From Octopus vulgaris (Eukaryota): a DNA stretch of 64,000 bases. Position numbers and translations under genes: made by a program. The notes under the pieces are model-generated. The model was not told the DNA's origin. It made no database searches and worked only from the letters and a program-made list of their open reading frames with translations. Location: NCBI GenBank assembly GCA_951406725.2, contig OX597834.1:7936001-8000000 (forward strand). Direction: 5' to 3'. The stretch's first letter is position 1. Each line of letters starts with the position of its first letter. Below are positions 57,790 to 64,000 of the stretch, piece after piece.

Positions 57790-58965
57790 AATATGTATAA
57801 CTATCAAAAGTATTAAAAGTTTATTATAAGATAAGGAGTAAAACCACTACGATCGTTTCATGCCCATAAACCAATTCGAATAACAATAATTTAAATTCAA
57901 TTAATAATTCGAATTATCGTTATAGTCAATCTTCAGGTTAACTATAATATTTAAATAAATAATCAGAAATATTTAAACAATATTTTTTAAGAAATAAATA
58001 AAAAAATTATTTTTCTCATAAAAAACTCTATTATCAAACTAGAAACTTAACGATTATGATTATGTCATACAATCGATTATAATGTTAAGTATTAATTTTT
58101 AAGGTAAGAAACCCACAAATAATCTAATATCAGTTATAGTCAATATCTAATTACATAAATATTTTACATTAAAAAAAACGACTATTCATATCATTAAATA
58201 TAATTTCAAGTCAAATAATTATATAATATTTGAATAATAAATAAATTATCAATGAAAGTATATAAATGTATATTAATATTAGAATTAAGATCTAAAATTA
58301 TCTCTATCAATAAATATATATTCACGTATAATAAAGACCTAATAAATTAATTATTCATTATTACTAATAAAAATATTAAAAGATTAAAAGATTAAACATG
58401 AAATAGCCAATTGTAAAAAACAAACAATCTTAAACGAACGCTATAACAAATTAAAGATCTATATATCTCTCGTTGGCTAACTAATAACTTTCAAATATCG
58501 TATAGTTAAAATAAAATAATAAAATACTTAATGAAATAATCAATCCGTAGTTAAATAGTATCAAATAATTACTACAAATATATTTATCAATGGCAAGAAT
58601 ATTTCTACCAATTATCGATTTTAAAAAATACAATATATAAGTTATAATAACAATTATAAGAAATTAAAAATAACTATCAACAAATATAGTTATTTAAAAC
58701 TAAAATTTATGCTATCAATACATATATATACATGAAACCTAACTTTAAAAACTCGTATAAACGTTTACGATCTATATATCTCTTTAGCTAAGTAAAGTCT
58801 TACGAATAAACGTAAAGTTAATATCTAATAATTATATAGAAAAAATTACGATAATTAGATCATTACATAACCAACAATATTAATATAAAAAACAATATTA
58901 TACCATAAGATTTATAAAAAAATTTAAAGTTTAAAATTTAAAAATCTTAAATATAAATATATACT
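57790..58965 (-). mobile_element. Very AT-rich putative element with HHR motif at 57843-57940
   Basis: Minus strand: CTGAAGA-long stem II (aattcgaat/attcgaatt)-GAAAC-gatc-GTA; element boundaries inferred from composition. Confidence 0.55.
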
Positions 58966-59824
58966 TAGCTTTGCGAGAGTTTGTGATGAAGGAAACTTTA
59001 ATTCTCCAACATACCAAGACGAAAATGAAACTAATTTTGGAGGGAAAACTTAGATTAAGATGATTTTTTCTTCTGAAACACGCTGCAGCCTGGGTCACTG
59101 ATTTAAAGATGTATGAAATAGCTATTTTGTTTTAATATTATACTTTCCTTTTGTTAATTTTTTTTTTCCTTTCTTACACATCGCATCTACTTTTCAGTCA
59201 CGGGGCATATATAAGATTCATCGACCCCCACCCCACTTGCAGCTTATTTGGGCATCTTTTTTATTGCACAAGAAAAATCGGAAAAGAAATAATTTTCACT
59301 GAATTGGGGTCGGGGTGAATTTCCGAGGGTTCCACTCCACTCCCCACCGCTTTCCCGAAAAAAAAGTCTTTTGTGGCATATTAGGTCACCGTAGTTCATT
59401 CAACGCAAAAAATTAAAAGGCATTTACGAATGATTCTCACCAACCCCTGTTTTCCGAAAAAAACAAAGGCGTTTGTAGCATATTAGAAGGCCAGGTTACT
59501 TCATTCCATGCGAAAAGACCGAAGTTCTTTTTCTGTCAGTGAACCGTAAAAATTTACCGTGTCGTCTATATATAACGATGTTAACTGAATGAAATATAAG
59601 GATGGATTGAACACATTGATTTCACCTTCTTTTGTTTTGGTTATGTTGTAGTTTTCGAATGTCTTAGCAATGAATTTTAGCATCACATGTTAGGCTGGAA
59701 CGCGTATATTTTGCGAAAGTTTGAGGAATATATATTCAGGAAAACGAACATCTTTGTTTTTTTAAAATTTTCTCCAAAGAGATTGCTTTGTGTATTTATA
59801 ATTCAGTGTCTAATTCGTCATGAA

Positions 59825-60315
59825 AGATGTCTGTATATTATGAAGATGAGTGAATATATTGTTTAATAAATGTTTCCTATTTACTGATTTTTGATATCTT
59901 TCTTTAACTGAAAAATTTCCGTTTATCCTTTTTCTATATCCTGTGTTGTTTTGTATAGTTATCTGTCGATCAATTTCTTCCGGAATTCTGTCGATAAAAA
60001 GATAAAACTGGAAGTATTTTGTTTCAGCACAATATCTTCAAAGAATGAAAATTCTGTTCTTTATATATATATAAAATGATAAAAATATAAAACGACACGA
60101 AACGAAAATACAATTAAAAGAAAAACCACGCAAAATGTACGACTGAATTCCGGAAGAAATGACAAAAAGACGGATACTCACAACAACTCAGGATAGAGAA
60201 AACGTATAAACGGAAGTTTTACATTTAGTGAAGATAGCGATATAGCAGCAAGTAAGAAACTTTTATTAAATCATATATGCTCTTGATCAGCTCATCATAA
60301 TATTCAGACATCTCT
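59825..60315. repeat. Diverged long inverted repeat (foldback/MITE-like)
   Basis: agatgtctg.atattatga / tcataatattcagacatct; ttccgtttat / ataaacggaa; atttcttccggaattc / gaattccggaagaaat. Confidence 0.75.
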
Positions 60316-60956
60316 TTCACGAGGAATTAGACACAGCAATATCAATAAACAAAAGAAAGTTAAAACATCAATGATTCTATTTCTATATATAAACAGATAT
60401 TTACCAGACGCTTCTCGTTTCGACCAACAATTCAGCATGATGCATATGGTTACGATGAGACAGCAAATTTCCACACAAATACACAATGTCAATGATAAAA
60501 TCTCTAATTAGAATACCATTTAGATTCTCTTCCGCAAATAACACATTAGTTACAGAAGTCCACAGAATAAACACACGTTATTCAAAGGCAGCTCTTCTTA
60601 CAAACTGATAGATTAAAACATAGAACAACGTAAGCGGAAATACGGCGAATACAGCAGACGCTACATTTATAATAATCTAACCGCACTTAAACCTGTATCA
60701 TTAATGGAATACATATGGAGTAAGAATAAAGGAACATATCGAAACCCACGGACACTAGGTTATAAAATGCATTGCATCACAGCATGATCTGGAGCAAATT
60801 ACTATGAATGCCATACAAAAAGAGTATAATAAGAGTTTTCTAATTAAGAGGAAGCCGCAAGCGTGTAATTCACTGAAGAGGGGTAACTTTGAACAACTGG
60901 AATTAGAAACCCAATTGTAATCCTGCAAACTGCAGCAATCCGTGTGTTATATAGAG

Positions 60957-61420
60957 AATACCAAACTCATTCCCTATGGATACCGTACTTATTACAACGA
61001 GTGGCTTGTAAACGTATCTCACTCGCTTTCGCTCGTTCGATACGTGTACAAGCCACGAGTTGTAATAAATACGGTATCCATAGGGAATGAGTTTGGTATT
61101 TTATTTATTACACACGAATAAACGACCATATTTTATTAACCCAATAACTAAATTCTTCACGTTTAGTTGTAACTTATGAATGACAAAAGTAGTGCCGTCA
61201 CCGTGACCTCGGGTCATCACCATGAATTGACCAATCAGAAGCAGCGCTGTCACCGTGACCTCGGGTCATCACCATGAATTGACCAATCAGAAGCAGCGCT
61301 GTCACCGTGACCTCGGGTCATCACCATGGATTGACCAATCAGAAGCAGCGCTCGCAGTATCTGACATATGTTAGATACCAAAAATATCTCAAAGTGTTCT
61401 CACTCACATGTGTGTAATAA
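60957..61420. mobile_element. Non-autonomous hairpin element with 3 x 52-bp tandem repeat
   Basis: Hairpin 60957-61100 (arms about 62 bp); repeats 61197-61352; inverted ttattacaca / tgtgtaataa. Confidence 0.7.
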
Positions 61421-61564
61421 ATCAACCATACATCGTTACGAGAACTCACAGTGCAATTAGGCTGAGGATAAGCTGAATCGCTTTACACTAAACCAAATAA
61501 CACAAGATTATTCCTCTACAGTATTCTTCGCAAAAATAAGTTATTAATATTAGAAGAAATAAAA

Positions 61565-61782
61565 GCGGTTAGCTGCCATAGATTTTACTGCGTCGGGGAA
61601 AATGCTTAGCGGCATTCATTCCGAATTTACGTTCGGAATTCAAATGTCGCTGGAGTTGACTTCGCCTTTCATCCTTTCCCATCGATAAAATTAGTAAACT
61701 GTTGAATACTGGGGTCGATATAATCGACTAAGACTCCTCCCCTGAAGTCATTGATCTTGTACCAAAATTTGGAAACAATATT
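61565..61782 (+). mobile_element. SINE family A, diverged
   Basis: aaatgcttagcggc..aattcaaat..gacttcgcctttcatcctt..ctggggtcgatataatcgact. Confidence 0.7.
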
Positions 61783-62269
61783 ACAAGAAATAGATGTATT
61801 AGAATGGAAGATAACACAAGAATGGAAGATAACACAAGAATGGAAGATAACAAGTTTTATTAGTAGGGCATTACATTTGTTTCTGCAACGCACGGCAGCT
61901 TTCAGTAGACGAGTCCATGTCCATATGCCACTATAGAAGACCATACTTTATAATTACTATATGGCTGGATATTGTTCAACAACATCCGTGTACGGGCACC
62001 TCACCCGGTAGATTACGGTTTATTCCTGTTCGATTTTTCCGAATACTCTGGGTATGCGATGCATTCACAAAAATCGGAAGGGAATGGATTGCACTGCATC
62101 CGACGAAGCGTCCAGAAACCGCTGTTAGTGAAAAATATTGAAGTATTGAAATATGAGCTTCTTTTATGGTATATAAAATATTAACTCAGCAACTTAAATA
62201 TGATGTGTGCTGCAAATAAATATGATGTTGTGATCTACTGTTAAAGTATGTTATTCTTCTTCCTAGAAC

Positions 62270-62353
62270 ATATTCTATCGGTCTACTTTGCCGAACTGAT
62301 AAGTAACGGGGACGTAAACGCACCAGCATATAGATACACAAACACACACACAC

Positions 62354-62429
<76 letters not shown>

Positions 62430-62587
62430 GACGGGCTTCTTTCACTTTCCGTCTACCCAATTCACTCACAAAGCTTTGGTCGGCCCGAGGCTATAGTAGA
62501 AGATACTTGCCCAAGGTGCCAGTGGGACTGAACCCAGAACCGTGTGGTTGGTAAGCAAGCTACTTACCACACACCCACTCCTGCGCC
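62270..62587 (-). mobile_element. SINE family C, 3'-truncated
   Basis: Homologous to 18565-18890. Confidence 0.85.
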
Positions 62588-64000
62588 ACAGATATGTGTA
62601 CATAACATTATACATATATTACATATAGATATGTAAACGTATATGTCCTTATGCTAAATGTTTAAGTCAATGTATTCCTGCAGATTCAAACATGAATACG
62701 CTAATCGCTGTTGTGTGGGTCACAGGAGCGTATTTTTTTCGTTCAAGTCGAATATATGTTCATACGCGTCGCAGGATACTGAAATACAAGCGATTCGGCA
62801 CGTGTGTCTCGTAGGATAGAAGCACTCGAACCAAAGAATCTAACATTGGCCGATTGCCTTGTTTGTAATGTCAGCAAACTGATTTTCCGTTGATCAGTGC
62901 TGATATCTACGAACAATTTATTATTGTTTGTAGATCAGCGGGATTGAAAGCGATGACTTACATCTATTGAAATCAAAGATAAACTGAATTATAAAATATA
63001 ATCAAAGATTGGGTTTTATGCATGAAAAACCCCTAAAATTTCAAAATCTATAAAATAAAGGGAAAGATTCAGTTGATACACAATAAACATTAAGAATGCA
63101 ACGAAATCAAGCGCATAATTAAAATCTTTAATATATCGAAACAATGGACATATGTAAATTTATGCATCAGAAGAAAAGCGAAAATATTTCGAATACATCC
63201 TATTTCCATGGATCCTGCTAGGTAACATTACATTTCACAAAATTAATTTGCTTGCTTCAGAGAAAATCCGATCCTAGTTTGTAAATAATTTAATTATTCC
63301 TATAATATTTGCATAAAGTTTCGACTGTGAAGCCGCCGCTGGTGAACGAAATTTTTGATATGCCCGATACAATTTTTGCTGTAGCTATTACTTTTGCTGT
63401 TAACGATATTGTTTAACTCCAGGTCAGATTGACCATCCATTTTATTTTTATTCAGTGCTGATGAATCAAAGAATACATTATCAAACGTATCCTTTTTATT
63501 ACAACATGTTATTTAAGGGATATTTTTCAGCTGAAGGCGTCAAGGAGATGAAACCATATAGACAAATTTTAATTTAATTGCATCCAAAATGTCGCTGTTA
63601 ATTTTTATTCTTCTTGACGCTGAGAAGAGTGAAACGAATGAGCGAAGTTTGTAACGCAATTTTCATCTTGTCTTCTGTTAAACCATTCTTGGCAGCAAGA
63701 GCAGATTATTTATTCCACTACAATTATTGATTCGGGAATTCGATATTTCAAAAATAATTTTCAATTACAGTGAAGTTTAAAGCAATTTATTTAATGATTT
63801 TTCATTCTAGAATCATGTTATTTTTGCATTTACAAAGTTTGAAGAATTCTAATATGTATAATTAAAAAGAAAATGTGAAATCAGAAAGGATTATGGAAAT
63901 ATGAACGTTGTAGCTTCTCAGTGCATCTATAACACATTGTTCGATACAATACCACATTACATGTGATCTATCCCTGAGCAACCTGTAAAGTCATTATGAC

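Overview
Eukaryotic, AT-rich, repeat-saturated non-coding DNA. The SINE families and microsatellite load resemble coleoid cephalopod (Octopus-like) genomes; the taxon is inferred. I found no intact host gene, and most listed ORFs are microsatellite artefacts. Recognisable content: three tRNA-derived SINE families (many copies), Penelope-like element (PLE) remnants with RT/GIY-YIG domains, LINE 3' fragments (RTE, CR1, L1/Tx1-like), a deleted mariner plus two mariner-type MITEs, a non-autonomous Helitron, foldback elements and local duplications. The main signal is about a dozen type I hammerhead ribozyme (HHR) motifs, read by eye. They lie in PLE tails and in short non-coding elements mostly inserted in (TA)n tracts. 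Several have palindromic stem III loops, recurrent core variants (CCGANGA, UUGANAA), or foldback inversions inside the ribozyme. Coordinates are hand-read and approximate, and ribozyme activity is untested.
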